Positions 29,267 through 39,454 of a DNA stretch of 64,000 bases are shown here, piece by piece (positions within the stretch are counted from its first letter, which is position 1; the number at the start of each line of letters is the position of its first letter). The stretch is taken from positions 4,666,253-4,730,252 of the forward strand of contig CAXXLZ010000002.1 in assembly GCA_963675595.2 (NCBI GenBank), in the 5' to 3' direction. The position numbers were made by a program, and so were the translations under genes. A model generated the notes under the pieces. The model did not search any database and was not told where the DNA came from. It worked only from the letters and a program-made list of their open reading frames with translations. This stretch comes from Thermodesulfobacteriota bacterium. Lineage in GTDB: Bacteria; Desulfobacterota; Desulfarculia; JACQYL01.

Positions 29267-30781
29267 CTATTCGAGGCCGTATTTCTTGAGCCAGTTGGTC
29301 AGCGTCTGATAGCTCGACAGCCCCAGTGTTTTCGCAGTCTTTGTCTTGTTGCCGTTGTTCAATTCAAGCGCCCGTTCGAGATAATGGACCGCCACCCTCT
29401 CCATGATCTCCGGCAAGTCGATTCCCTGAGTAAGAGGTTGGTGGAGAATGCCGTCCTTTCCTTTGTCTGTAGCCTGCGGAACCGGGAGCAGCGCGTCACG
29501 GATATCCTCCTCGCCGATCTCCTCGTCCAGCGACCAGACCGCCGCCCTGGTCAAAGTATTCTGCAGCTCCCGTACATTGCCCGGCCAGGCGTGGCGAATC
29601 AGAAGGTTTCTTGCGGAAACAGAAAGTTTCTTTTTCTTGAAGCCCGGTTCGCTGTGGCTCTCCCGGTTGATCCGGTCCAGAAATTGATCGATGAGCAGGC
29701 CGACATCCCCTTCGCGCTCGCGAAGAGGCGGCAGCTTGATCACCGCCACGGCCAGCCGGTAAAAAAGATCCTCCCGGAAGCACCCGGCCCCCACCTCGTC
29801 GATAAGATTTCTGTTGGTGGCCGCAATAATCCTTACGTCAACTTTCCGGGGCTTGATCGCGCCGATCCGCTTGACCTCCCCTTCCTGCAGGGTGCGCAGC
29901 AGCTTGACCTGCATATCTTTCGGCAGTTCGCCGATCTCGTCAAGAAAAACGGTGCCGGTGTGGGCCGCCTCAAACTGGCCGACTCTGCCTGTAGCAGCCC
30001 CGGTGAAGGCCCCTTTCTCATGACCGAACAGCTCGGACTCGACCAGTTCAGCCGGAATCGCCCCGCAGTTGATGGCCGTAAAAGGCTTGTCCCTGCGAGG
30101 GCCGGCGTCATGAATGGCGCGGGCGAACAGTTCCTTGCCGGTGCCGGATTCGCCTTCGATCAGCACCGGGATGGAGCGTGGCGCAATCCGCCGCGCCTTG
30201 AGCACAACCCGCTGCATCACCTCGCTGCGGTGGACGATGTCATCAAACTCCGGGGCCTCGGCGGGCAGGCCGGCGGCCAACCGCTCCAGGGTCTGGTCCG
30301 GCCTCCTGAGCAGATTGGGTACAAAATCAGCGGAAATGTCGAAAGGCACCGAAGCGGTGTAGACACCGTGCTCTTTGGTGGATTCAATTAATACCGCCGG
30401 AAAACGGGCTTTGGCGAGCAGTATCCAGACCGCCGCCATGGCCGGGGTGCCTGGGCTCAAATGAAAAAACAGATCGGCCTCGGGACCGTACTCCCTGATC
30501 TTTTCGGTGATAATCGCCGACGCGGCCTGATAGATTTCCCCGAAATTGGTGGGACTGGAAAGCTGTACCTGCAGGAGAAGGATTTTCGCCGGCGTCATTG
30601 GTGTCAGCCAGGAGATATAGCTTTCCGCCAAAGACCTCTCCCAGTTGTTGAGCAACACCACTTCAGTGTATGTCTGTGCCCGGACGGCCTGCGCTATAGG
30701 CCCCAATCCGATATCGGGCACACCGGACGCCGCCTTGAAGTCCGTGGCTCCCACCCAGCAAAATAGAATCCGAGCCTCCAT
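29267..30781 (-). CDS. Sigma54-dependent enhancer-binding protein, RtcR-like (putative CARF N-domain, AAA+, HTH)
   Basis: N-terminal CWVGATD...FHLSPGTPAMAAVW. GESGTGKE, intact GAFTGA, FLDEIG, WPGNVREL and a Fis-type HTH. Confidence 0.88.
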   Translation of the reverse strand: MEARILFCWVGATDFKAASGVPDIGLGPIAQAVRAQTYTEVVLLNNWERSLAESYISWLTPMTPAKILLLQVQLSSPTNFGEIYQAASAIITEKIREYGPEADLFFHLSPGTPAMAAVWILLAKARFPAVLIESTKEHGVYTASVPFDISADFVPNLLRRPDQTLERLAAGLPAEAPEFDDIVHRSEVMQRVVLKARRIAPRSIPVLIEGESGTGKELFARAIHDAGPRRDKPFTAINCGAIPAELVESELFGHEKGAFTGAATGRVGQFEAAHTGTVFLDEIGELPKDMQVKLLRTLQEGEVKRIGAIKPRKVDVRIIAATNRNLIDEVGAGCFREDLFYRLAVAVIKLPPLREREGDVGLLIDQFLDRINRESHSEPGFKKKKLSVSARNLLIRHAWPGNVRELQNTLTRAAVWSLDEEIGEEDIRDALLPVPQATDKGKDGILHQPLTQGIDLPEIMERVAVHYLERALELNNGNKTKTAKTLGLSSYQTLTNWLKKYGLE

Positions 30782-31253
30782 AGCCAAACGGAAATACAAG
30801 ATCTCTTGCGAAGACGTAAAGTATTTTGTTGTCAACGAGATGAAAACAGGCGACCCTTGGCAGTCCAGGCCCCTGTTTGTCTTTCCGCCGGCGGGGAAGG
30901 TGGCCGGAAGCGCGATGCAAATCCCGGCGAAATGATTGCGGGGCCTGTCACAGTGGCCCCTCCATATGTTGGTGGTGAGGACTCTGAGACTCTGTGAGGG
31001 TAGGGGGCTTAGCCGTGGGTATGACCCATCCGACCGAAACGGAGCGATGGAACGGTGAGAGGCGTACACGGCTGCTTGACCGGCGGAATGGAAAGCCCAC
31101 GGCGCCCGGTCTGTGCCCCTTGACTGACGATTTCATGACAACGGGCGTGAACAAAAAAATAGGAGCAAAACGAAATCGACAATCAAATCCGAATGTTAGT
31201 GTCACGTAGTGAAAGGATTGGGCGCTCTCCATAATAGTATTGAAATACCGCAA

Positions 31254-32702
31254 TCAAATTAAATCGCTTCCTTTAAGGACTCTATTTATTTCGTTAACAA
31301 AAATGCTCTCGTTCTTCTTCATTTGGGTTTGAAAGTCATTAAAAGTTTCGTTACAAATCAATTTACCTTTTTCAGGTATTACAAGAAAGAAAATATAAAA
31401 ACCAATCCCAAGTTCCGGAAACTCCTGAAAAATAGATCGTGCTTTTGGATCGTCTGATGGAAATACAAAACCAAACCCAGTTAACTTTTCAAATTGTTTC
31501 TTATATGCAGCTGCATAACTGATGAGTTGAAATGAATCTTCCCTGGAAACTCCTTTATCATTATGCCATCGCTTATATTTAACATCCAAAATAAGCGTCT
31601 TTGATTTGCCTTCTATTATTATATCAGGCAAAAGGGATCTTCGTGTTTTGCCATTATTTCCTCCAGTGGGATATCTTACCGTTTCAGGAGAGTCTGGAGT
31701 CAACTTTTTTATTGTTAAATCATGAGATTCCCGTATAAGAACTTTGCGAATATGGGATTCAAAAAGAAGTGATATATCAAACAAAAATCCCGAAAAGTCT
31801 TTATGATCAATCCCTAAATCAATATTCTCATTTAAAAGAATCTTTTTACTTAATGAGACGACTTCCTCGTAGCCAAGAAAATATGGATTGGTAATAAAAA
31901 AATGATTATGATCCCTTTGGGTTATCCTATTTCCATTGCAGGCTTCTGCGAAAGTATTTTTAACCTTATGCAAATCTGAAACTATTTCATGAAGTTCATC
32001 GTTTCTATATAGTATTTGAAATACGGTATAGATCAACCTGGTGACGGGGTTATTGTAGTTATGTTCTCTATACTGACATGGGTATGTACCTGTGCTGACC
32101 GGTGCTCTTAAATGCTCTTTAATATCAAAGTTTCCTCTAATTAGAGGAATTTTATCTTTTATCCCAACATATAGTTTTGGAACTCCTAAAATATAAGATT
32201 GTAATAGACGTCTCTTCCATAAGAAAACCAACAGCCACTTGATAAAAGCACGCTCGGAGTAACTGCCTAAATCTTTGATTTCCATAAAGCCTTCACTTGA
32301 CGTAATCATATGGAAAAGAAAAGATACGCCAAACCTTGAAGAAACTTTTACAGAAAAATCATATCCGTCTATTTTTCCTTTTAATTCTCCAACCAGATTG
32401 CCTGTTTCAAGTTTTACAAAAGTACTGAAGCAATCACCATGCACTTTAAGAAATATTTGATCTTTTGATAAATCAAACTCTTGTCCCCACTTAACAATAT
32501 ATTTATCACCATTTGCAAGGGAGTTTTCAATTTGTTCAACCACTTTTCGAACAAATTGAGTTGCCCTGGATAGGTTATTTGCACCATTTCCACAACAAAT
32601 CGATTGATTATATTTATCATTGTTGTTCGAAATATTTTTGCCTACAGAATATATACTATTGTCTTCCAAGCTAGTTAATAACTCTGATATAATCACGGTC
32701 AT
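31254..32702 (-). CDS. mcrC: McrC-like PD-(D/E)XK nuclease subunit
   Basis: FLFDISLLFE...LPDIII...ILDVKYK...DSFQLISY. Directly downstream of the mcrB-like gene. AT-rich. Confidence 0.8.
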   Translation of the reverse strand: MTVIISELLTSLEDNSIYSVGKNISNNNDKYNQSICCGNGANNLSRATQFVRKVVEQIENSLANGDKYIVKWGQEFDLSKDQIFLKVHGDCFSTFVKLETGNLVGELKGKIDGYDFSVKVSSRFGVSFLFHMITSSEGFMEIKDLGSYSERAFIKWLLVFLWKRRLLQSYILGVPKLYVGIKDKIPLIRGNFDIKEHLRAPVSTGTYPCQYREHNYNNPVTRLIYTVFQILYRNDELHEIVSDLHKVKNTFAEACNGNRITQRDHNHFFITNPYFLGYEEVVSLSKKILLNENIDLGIDHKDFSGFLFDISLLFESHIRKVLIRESHDLTIKKLTPDSPETVRYPTGGNNGKTRRSLLPDIIIEGKSKTLILDVKYKRWHNDKGVSREDSFQLISYAAAYKKQFEKLTGFGFVFPSDDPKARSIFQEFPELGIGFYIFFLVIPEKGKLICNETFNDFQTQMKKNESIFVNEINRVLKGSDLI

Positions 32703-34573
32703 TAAACCTTTATAAATTCGTTTTTCAAAGCTTCAAGCTTCCTTCCTATGACTCCGCTATTTCCAATACCTCTAAAATACTCCGTGAGAAGTGGTTCAAG
32801 GCGGCAAGTCCAAAAAGAGTTGATGTACGATTTAATTCCGCCAGGACCAGAATATTCGCCTACTGCTTTCATATAAGCGTGACCAATCATATAATGAGGA
32901 CCAAGCAAAGGTTCCTCGGAAATTCTTTCATTTAATCGCTTTAAACTCTCACAGAATTTCGTTATGAAATCTTCAGGAATATGATTCTCGGTCATAATTT
33001 GTCTGGCGGCAAAAAGATCAGGTTTTACTTCAATCCATCGAAACCTGCGCCGAAGTGCGAAATCGAAACTTTCGACGCTCCGATCTATTGTATTCATCGT
33101 GCCATATAGATATAAATTGTATGGAATAAAAAAGTATTCTTTGTCGTCTATAATGAGAAATGAAGATTTGTCAAAATTTCCGCCGTCATGCATAGCTGAA
33201 TATTGTGTCTCGATTTTATGTGATGCCCCCCTATATTCTAATGAATACATTAACTCACCGAATACTCTGGAAAGTTCTGCTCGGTTGATTTCATCTATAA
33301 TAAAAAAATAGGGTGGAAGAAGATTTATTAGTTTTTCGTCATTTTTAATATCATCATTTTCAGTAATGAATCTCCATATCTCTGAGGTAATCTTTTTGTC
33401 TTTAATGTTGTCCTTAATATCTGAAACTGTTGTCTTCTCTTCAAGGGGTTGTCTTGTGGCATTATAATAATCGATTTCCCAGGTAGCAGCTTTTTTACAG
33501 AACTTCTTGAATACTCCTTCTACTAAACCCAACTTTATGTTACCATTTTGAGAGCTTGTAGGTCTTATTCCCTCAACAAAATCTTCATATCCGAATGATG
33601 GATGAAACTGAATTAAAGAGCTAAATTCGGCAAACAGTTTATCATTTGTGTCAAGCTTAGGTTTGAAAGTTTTGTTATTGTTGTGCCATGATATTATTTT
33701 GGATTTGCTTATCTCCTTCGCTTTCCAGGTTTTTCCTGTACCAGGGCTGCCGTGAAAGACAATTTGTTTATCGTCTTGAGCTAATCCTAAAGTATCATAC
33801 AGCCACCAGAAAAAAGTTGAACGGTAGTATATGTTATCGTTTTCGATGTGCAAATTGTGATGTTTAATTTGAGAGTCTAGTAATTCCAGTATATATAGGT
33901 TTGATTCAAGCCAATCCTTATTTAGTTTATCAATACCCGACCAATTAATTTGAGAAATGAAGGTGTTGTAGTGAGCTTGCGGAACTATTGTCGTACATTT
34001 ACCTGGGATACATCCTGCAATAAACCTATTAACAACTGCCGGAAAGCGATTTATATGGTTGGTTTCAGCGTAACTTTCCATCCAGTCATGGGCGTCGTTC
34101 CAAACCTGTTTTATAACAGAGTTTTTGCTGTCCTCTTTTGCTAATTTAATAGCTTTGCAAACAACTTCCCAAAATTCATCTTCTTGCATTAGCTTTTTAT
34201 AATTTTCCTTAGAAACGCCTCCTAACCCGACAGAAGCCACTCCGTTTGCGCGCTCATACCAACATTGGCTGATAAACGAATCAAAATCTTCTCCTCCCGC
34301 TTTTTCAAAGGCCGTTTGTAAGTCCTTCTTTGTTTTACCTTCGAGGTATTTTGCTGTTTGTTTGATTTTGTCGCAAAATGCGTCAAAAGCACTTACCCAG
34401 TCTTCATTAGGTCTCTCTATACAATAGTGTTGGTAAAGTTGCCCCAAATAATTCTTTAAGTTCGTTTCTTTGTCTGTTTCCACTGGATTCTCCATCAAAT
34501 GCTTAGTGCTTGTTGGGGTAGTGGTATTTTCGCAAAACATCAAGTTTTGGTGGAACCCATCTTGTGCATTCAA
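32702..34573 (-). CDS. mcrB: McrB-like AAA+ GTPase
   Basis: GSPGTGKT, QFHPSFGYEDFVEG, IIDEINR, MNTIDRS (NxxD), ALRRRF and IGHAY. Confidence 0.9.
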   Translation of the reverse strand: MNAQDGFHQNLMFCENTTTPTSTKHLMENPVETDKETNLKNYLGQLYQHYCIERPNEDWVSAFDAFCDKIKQTAKYLEGKTKKDLQTAFEKAGGEDFDSFISQCWYERANGVASVGLGGVSKENYKKLMQEDEFWEVVCKAIKLAKEDSKNSVIKQVWNDAHDWMESYAETNHINRFPAVVNRFIAGCIPGKCTTIVPQAHYNTFISQINWSGIDKLNKDWLESNLYILELLDSQIKHHNLHIENDNIYYRSTFFWWLYDTLGLAQDDKQIVFHGSPGTGKTWKAKEISKSKIISWHNNNKTFKPKLDTNDKLFAEFSSLIQFHPSFGYEDFVEGIRPTSSQNGNIKLGLVEGVFKKFCKKAATWEIDYYNATRQPLEEKTTVSDIKDNIKDKKITSEIWRFITENDDIKNDEKLINLLPPYFFIIDEINRAELSRVFGELMYSLEYRGASHKIETQYSAMHDGGNFDKSSFLIIDDKEYFFIPYNLYLYGTMNTIDRSVESFDFALRRRFRWIEVKPDLFAARQIMTENHIPEDFITKFCESLKRLNERISEEPLLGPHYMIGHAYMKAVGEYSGPGGIKSYINSFWTCRLEPLLTEYFRGIGNSGVIGRKLEALKNEFIKV

Positions 34574-34592
34574 TGTCTGTAGAAAGGTTCCA

Positions 34593-36308
34593 TCATTCTT
34601 TTGCTAAGAGATCAAGCACACTGTTATCAACAATAATCTCCAAACAAGCCCTCCGGTCCTGCGTGATCCGATCCATGGACTCATCCATTTGGACGAGCAG
34701 CTCTTCCACGATATCGGCCATGGCGTCTTGAAGGTCTTCGAAGGATTCAATGCCTTGCCGGAATCGATCGACAATGCGCTCTACGGCAAGCGGGAGCAGG
34801 CCGAAGTTGTTGGAATCCGACATATGTTCGATATCCGCGATCCTGTCCAGAAACCATGCTGCCTGGGGAGCGAGGGGAGTTAGAATCGCCGTGTCGGCGC
34901 GATAGGTCATCTCAGGGTCGTTGGTGATGATGACCCCGAGGCTCGCCCATTCGGGAGCCGGATAAGATTCCGAACTCCTCCTCCCCCAGACTTCCCCTTC
35001 AAGGGTATTCAAGGCTTTGATCATTCGGACGCCGGCTTGCTCATCACCGCTCAATTCCTTCTCTTCCCGCAAGGAGTGCTTTCCGACCTCGTCTTGAACG
35101 ATTTTGACCATCGTCTCTTTCAATTGGGAGCGTATTAAATCCTTACTACCTGCGGTGATCGCTTGGTCTAGGATCCTGGCCAGAATCTCCTCCCGTTTGG
35201 CCTTCAGGCAATCCACCAATTCATGAGCGTCGGCGGGTCCCGTTGTGATGTCTCCTCCGAATAGTCCCTCCCTGACGTCGTTCAGCGCCTGATTGAAGAG
35301 CCTTCGATGGTCCGCCATACCGGAGCGCACGGATTCATTCGAAGGAAGATCGCTCCGAACCCCATGGTCGGATAGGTCGGACCTTTGGGAACCCTTGAGC
35401 CAAGCGCAACAATCCTCTTTCACTCGGTTGAAGTCTTCCCAGGTCACCCATCCCAGTCTTTGAGGGATGGTACTCAGTCGTTGGGAATCCCCCATTCTGT
35501 GCGGAAGGTCTCTCATCAATGCATCCAAGCCGCTCTTGTACTCCTGGAATTTGTACCAGTAGAGCCTTGTCCCGTGATGCTCGCGAAAGTAATCCGGAGT
35601 GATCAAAGCAAAGAGGCTGAGTTCCGGGTCCCTGGCTCTCAAGGCCGGGTGCAGTTCATTTTCATTATTATCCTCCAGCATGACGTCGATGTTCCGGGCC
35701 ATCTGGTTCCGGTTGACGCAGTAGGTGATCATATAGGAGATGTCCGATAAGACCTTGGCTTCAAAGAGCACCGCAAAACCGTTATCCTGGTTAACGAGCA
35801 GTGCGTCCACATTGGTAGCGCCCTCAAGGTTCGCCTTGTGGCAGGTCCGGCCGTCCCAACCGGCGGCATCCAGAATATACGGAATGAACTGATGATCGCC
35901 GAGTAGCTTTCCCATCCATTTTTTGTACGTTGCCGGAGATGGAAGATTGGCTTCAAAGAACAGATGCAGATCACCGTTCAAGCATTCTTCCCAACCCATA
36001 CCGGAAGTGGGATGCCGGCATCCGAAAGCACCTTGGAGCAACTCCCCAAAAAGACGTTCCCGGTTCGGAGAGTGGTAAAGACCCATCAGTGCGGACACCG
36101 TCCAAAACTGCTCGTCCTTCTCCACCTGGCACGAGACTTTCAATTTGTCCAAGGCGAGACCTTTCCGGTCTTCCGATTCAACGGGTGCGAGGGCATATCG
36201 CTCCAAGCTTGCCTTGTAGCGGTTCACATGCTTGGACGCAGTCTGGACATCCACAAAATGCTGTTTCAGCTGATCCTCGGAAAACGGCAGGTAAACAGGG
36301 TGCAACAT
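34593..36308 (-). CDS. Hypothetical protein with N-terminal PD-(D/E)XK-like nuclease domain
   Basis: EGATNVDALL...VLFEAKVLSD...NQMARN. Start at MLHPVY with an AGGAG RBS. Acidic helical C-terminal half. Confidence 0.6.
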   Translation of the reverse strand: MLHPVYLPFSEDQLKQHFVDVQTASKHVNRYKASLERYALAPVESEDRKGLALDKLKVSCQVEKDEQFWTVSALMGLYHSPNRERLFGELLQGAFGCRHPTSGMGWEECLNGDLHLFFEANLPSPATYKKWMGKLLGDHQFIPYILDAAGWDGRTCHKANLEGATNVDALLVNQDNGFAVLFEAKVLSDISYMITYCVNRNQMARNIDVMLEDNNENELHPALRARDPELSLFALITPDYFREHHGTRLYWYKFQEYKSGLDALMRDLPHRMGDSQRLSTIPQRLGWVTWEDFNRVKEDCCAWLKGSQRSDLSDHGVRSDLPSNESVRSGMADHRRLFNQALNDVREGLFGGDITTGPADAHELVDCLKAKREEILARILDQAITAGSKDLIRSQLKETMVKIVQDEVGKHSLREEKELSGDEQAGVRMIKALNTLEGEVWGRRSSESYPAPEWASLGVIITNDPEMTYRADTAILTPLAPQAAWFLDRIADIEHMSDSNNFGLLPLAVERIVDRFRQGIESFEDLQDAMADIVEELLVQMDESMDRITQDRRACLEIIVDNSVLDLLAKE

Positions 36309-36655
36309 GATCTTCTCCTTTCCTGATGAAAAAGTCAGCCGACTCTTGGTCTCATTTCCCTGCATCGAACAAAAGCATGTTCATGCACTTTCGGGTGGTA
36401 TCTCTTGAGCCATGCCGTCCGGTAGCCCATCAGGGTCTAGGCGATGTAGTGATTCTTCACCGCCAGGGTTCCGGCGTACTTAACAAGCAGGTCCCAGAGC
36501 CTTGCGCTTTCGTCTTCCTGAACGCGACTCTTTCGAGAAAGATCGAGAGAGAGATCAACCCGTGGCCTATCGATTTTAGTTCCCTTTCCGGCTCCGAAGT
36601 TTGAAGCCTACCATGCACATCAAATACGAGAACAACTTCAAGAGCCTCTGCGTCA

Positions 36656-36687
36656 AGGATAGATCGGTATAGTTCCAGATTCCGGAA
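36656..36687 (-). promoter_or_regulatory. Shared promoter motif, copy 1
   Basis: TTCCGGAATCTGGAA-N11-TATCCT on the minus strand. Confidence 0.65.
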
Positions 36688-36894
36688 TGATTGATTCTGC
36701 CGTCAGTTTTTTTCTGGGAATGTTATTGGGCGCCCACTGTAAAAGGAATGGGACAAAGCCATCGCCGGCCAGTGTCCGCTCAGATACCTTGAGGCGAAGG
36801 AGGATTTGTCGTGAACACAAAGAGCCCGCGGGTGATCAAGTGGGTTTCTTAATCCATTCAGCCGCGGACTCCGGATTGCGTCAGCATCATTAAT

Positions 36895-37431
36895 TCATTG
36901 CGAAGCCAACAAAAACTTGCCGGTCCCCCGGGTCTGCATCCAAGGGATGTTGAGCACCCCCGGTTCGGCATAAGTTTTTAATCCGGGACCTCCGTCTTCA
37001 CCGATCCACACGGACTCTCTCCTGGAGAGGACCAGGCACACTTTGAACCGCTTTGTCCGCGCAAAGTCACGGGCATATTGGATGGCATCCTCTTCCGTGG
37101 TCACGGACTCGGGCAAAGACCGCTCCTGGTAGACTGCGGGCATAAGCCTGACGATCAACACCATGGGAACCGGCTCGTCGACCCAGGCCTCCCAACCGGC
37201 CCGGTCTTTTCGTTGCGCGCCCAGAACTTCATCGGTGTCGATCTCAAGCCCTTCGATCAGCTTGGCAACCAGTTCCTCGGACGCTACGCCTTCCCGCTCA
37301 AAACGAAAGATCCGAGTGGAGCCTTTGGATCGATTCTTATATCCGATCCTTTCCGCCAATTCGGCGGAACGAAGGCCGGCGGCTTCACGCTTTTCTCTCA
37401 ACAGGCTGCGGAGATGTTTGTTGGTTCCCAT
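36895..37431 (-). CDS. XRE-family HTH protein with uncharacterised C-terminal domain
   Basis: LREKREAAGLRSAELAERIGY...IFRFEREG. Confidence 0.7.
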   Translation of the reverse strand: MGTNKHLRSLLREKREAAGLRSAELAERIGYKNRSKGSTRIFRFEREGVASEELVAKLIEGLEIDTDEVLGAQRKDRAGWEAWVDEPVPMVLIVRLMPAVYQERSLPESVTTEEDAIQYARDFARTKRFKVCLVLSRRESVWIGEDGGPGLKTYAEPGVLNIPWMQTRGTGKFLLASQ

Positions 37432-37617
37432 TTGACTTCCCGCGAATATCGAAAAAGGAACGGTTAAGTTGCAAAATTCTGATTATTTTATTGAAGATAC
37501 GGCAAAGACATCCTTATCCCAGGAGAATGACTATCCTGAATATGAAGGCCCGCAGGCGTTCAAGCCGTTTCTCAATGCCTTCCGGCCCACGGCTCGAAAG
37601 CCGTTCAAGATCAATTC

Positions 37618-37700
37618 AATTCATTTCGAAGACCACATGAATTTGCCGGAACCCCATTTCAGCATAAGTTCTTAATCCGGGCCCCGTCTTCACCGTTCCA
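37618..37700 (-). pseudogene. Degenerate second copy of the 3' end of the XRE gene
   Basis: Two blocks align to 36892-36929 (30/38 identical by my count) and ~36964-37008, separated by an internal deletion. Confidence 0.6.
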
Positions 37701-37720
37701 GATGGAGGCTCTCTTGAAAG

Positions 37721-38392
37721 CTATTCGGCGATTATACGCCTGCAGCTTTCGGCATCTCCACTGAACCGCATGATCTTATCCCCCTTTGACAGCGCCTGAT
37801 CCACGGGGGTGTCCTTTAGCAGAGCAGCTACGGGGTGTACGATTTGATTCTTAAGATCGTCGACTGTATTCAGCCCAGCCAGCGGAACGCTGAAGACCCA
37901 TGCGGTTTCGGGATCGCTCTCTTCGCTCTCCCAGATTAACCTCCAAAGCTTATCAGCCTCCAGATGAACGTGCAACGTAGAACCACATGTATCCACCATC
38001 GCCATGGGTGGAAGCCCAAATTGATCTACTCCCCATTCGCTTTCCGCAAACATCACGTGAACGACAGCCTCGTCAATCCCCACAGCATGAAGATCTTCAT
38101 CACCGAGACATACCTGGATGCCGAGATATCCAAAAGGACTTCTGCCATTCTTAATCAATTTATATTGATAAAGATAGGCTTGGCAGAGCCAATTCATTGG
38201 GTCATTTCGATACGCCTCCTCCTCATCAGATAACTTAATACCTACGTTCAGCTTGACAAGCCCTTCTTCTCCTAAACTACTTTGCAAGGTATCCTGCAAT
38301 TCCTCCATCATGGCTTCTATTTCTTTTGCCGTCTTGGCGATGACCAATGATGCATTAAAAATGCTTGTTCCTGCTTCCCTTTCGGTGACCAT
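37721..38392 (-). CDS. Hypothetical protein
   Basis: 223-aa ORF with a GGAGG RBS. Confidence 0.65.
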   Translation of the reverse strand: MVTEREAGTSIFNASLVIAKTAKEIEAMMEELQDTLQSSLGEEGLVKLNVGIKLSDEEEAYRNDPMNWLCQAYLYQYKLIKNGRSPFGYLGIQVCLGDEDLHAVGIDEAVVHVMFAESEWGVDQFGLPPMAMVDTCGSTLHVHLEADKLWRLIWESEESDPETAWVFSVPLAGLNTVDDLKNQIVHPVAALLKDTPVDQALSKGDKIMRFSGDAESCRRIIAE

Positions 38393-38433
38393 TATTCAAC
38401 CTCCCATCGAACTATTATTGGTAACTACTATTT

Positions 38434-39330
38434 TTAGAGCTTGACATTCGATTCTACCCAAAACAGCCTAAGTTGCGTTCTCAAGGATATCTTGGGATTA
38501 TGACATAGACTTCTTCTAAAACCACTTCTTTTATGCCAAAAAAGAGGAAAATTCAGCTTGGAATAGCATTCAAATATATTAGCATTATGCCTAAAACCTT
38601 TAAATTCGGGACGATGCCAGAATAATTGTTTATCAGTAGTGATATCATTTATGATTTCTGTGGGAACAGCGCCCAAAAATCCGGAGAATACATGTATCCC
38701 TCCAGTTTTGTTCAGAAATTCAATAACATTATCTCTCCATAACTTTAGATAATTATCCTGCTTTACTTCTTTTAAGTATTTGGAAAACTCATACCATGTA
38801 AGCGCAGATATCCTTGCTGCCCAATGCTTAACATCAAAACGATAATTATCGACTTCGGCCATTTTGATATGATACATCATATCTTCTATAACGGAAATGC
38901 CCTTTCGGTCTCCAAGATAGATATGAAAAGAAAGCTGTTTATCGCAATCATCAATACATTGCCATTGGTCTGCCAACTGGTATCTTCCAGTCTCCTTGTC
39001 AATCATTTGTGACCCATTTTCCCATTTGATCTCTATAATTACGCTCGATACAAGTTCATCGTTGAGGTAGAATTTTAGAAATAGGTCGGGTTCACACCGT
39101 CCTTTGTCGGCAATGTTCGGCCAAAGTTGCACAACTACACCGTTAGGGCTTAACCCTTCCAGGGTAGCAGATATCTTCATTCCCTTCTTCTTCAGAATGG
39201 TTAGGATTAGCCTCCAGAGGTCTTCTGCAATATAGGTCCCTGGAAACAGAGACAACGGTCCAAAAATCGATGACGTGACGGTGTTCTCCTTGCCAGGCTT
39301 CTTTCCCTTTCTAACTACAGCCAAAAGCAT
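38434..39330 (-). CDS. Hypothetical PD-(D/E)XK-like nuclease
   Basis: ENTVTSSIFGPL...EPDLFL...IIEIKW...QLADQW. AT-rich. Confidence 0.6.
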   Translation of the reverse strand: MLLAVVRKGKKPGKENTVTSSIFGPLSLFPGTYIAEDLWRLILTILKKKGMKISATLEGLSPNGVVVQLWPNIADKGRCEPDLFLKFYLNDELVSSVIIEIKWENGSQMIDKETGRYQLADQWQCIDDCDKQLSFHIYLGDRKGISVIEDMMYHIKMAEVDNYRFDVKHWAARISALTWYEFSKYLKEVKQDNYLKLWRDNVIEFLNKTGGIHVFSGFLGAVPTEIINDITTDKQLFWHRPEFKGFRHNANIFECYSKLNFPLFWHKRSGFRRSLCHNPKISLRTQLRLFWVESNVKL

Positions 39331-39454
39331 AATTGACCTCTCTTTGCGGTTGAAAGGTATGCACCCTTGATTAACTATTCACCTGAAATAGCTGCACAAA
39401 TCTCTCTTGCGTACAACATGGGAGAGGGCACCAGAGCTTTCAGGCTGCGGCTTT

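Noticed and set aside
30782-31253. Extended N-terminus of the bEBP (ORF from 31069) and a sigma54 promoter here
   Set aside because: RtcR-like sequence begins at MEARILFCW (30781), and no correctly spaced GG-N10-GC element with consensus context was found.
37494-37525. Fifth copy of the TTCC-N7-GGAA promoter upstream of the XRE gene
   Set aside because: A -10-like TATCTT exists, but the sequence at the expected position matches the motif poorly.
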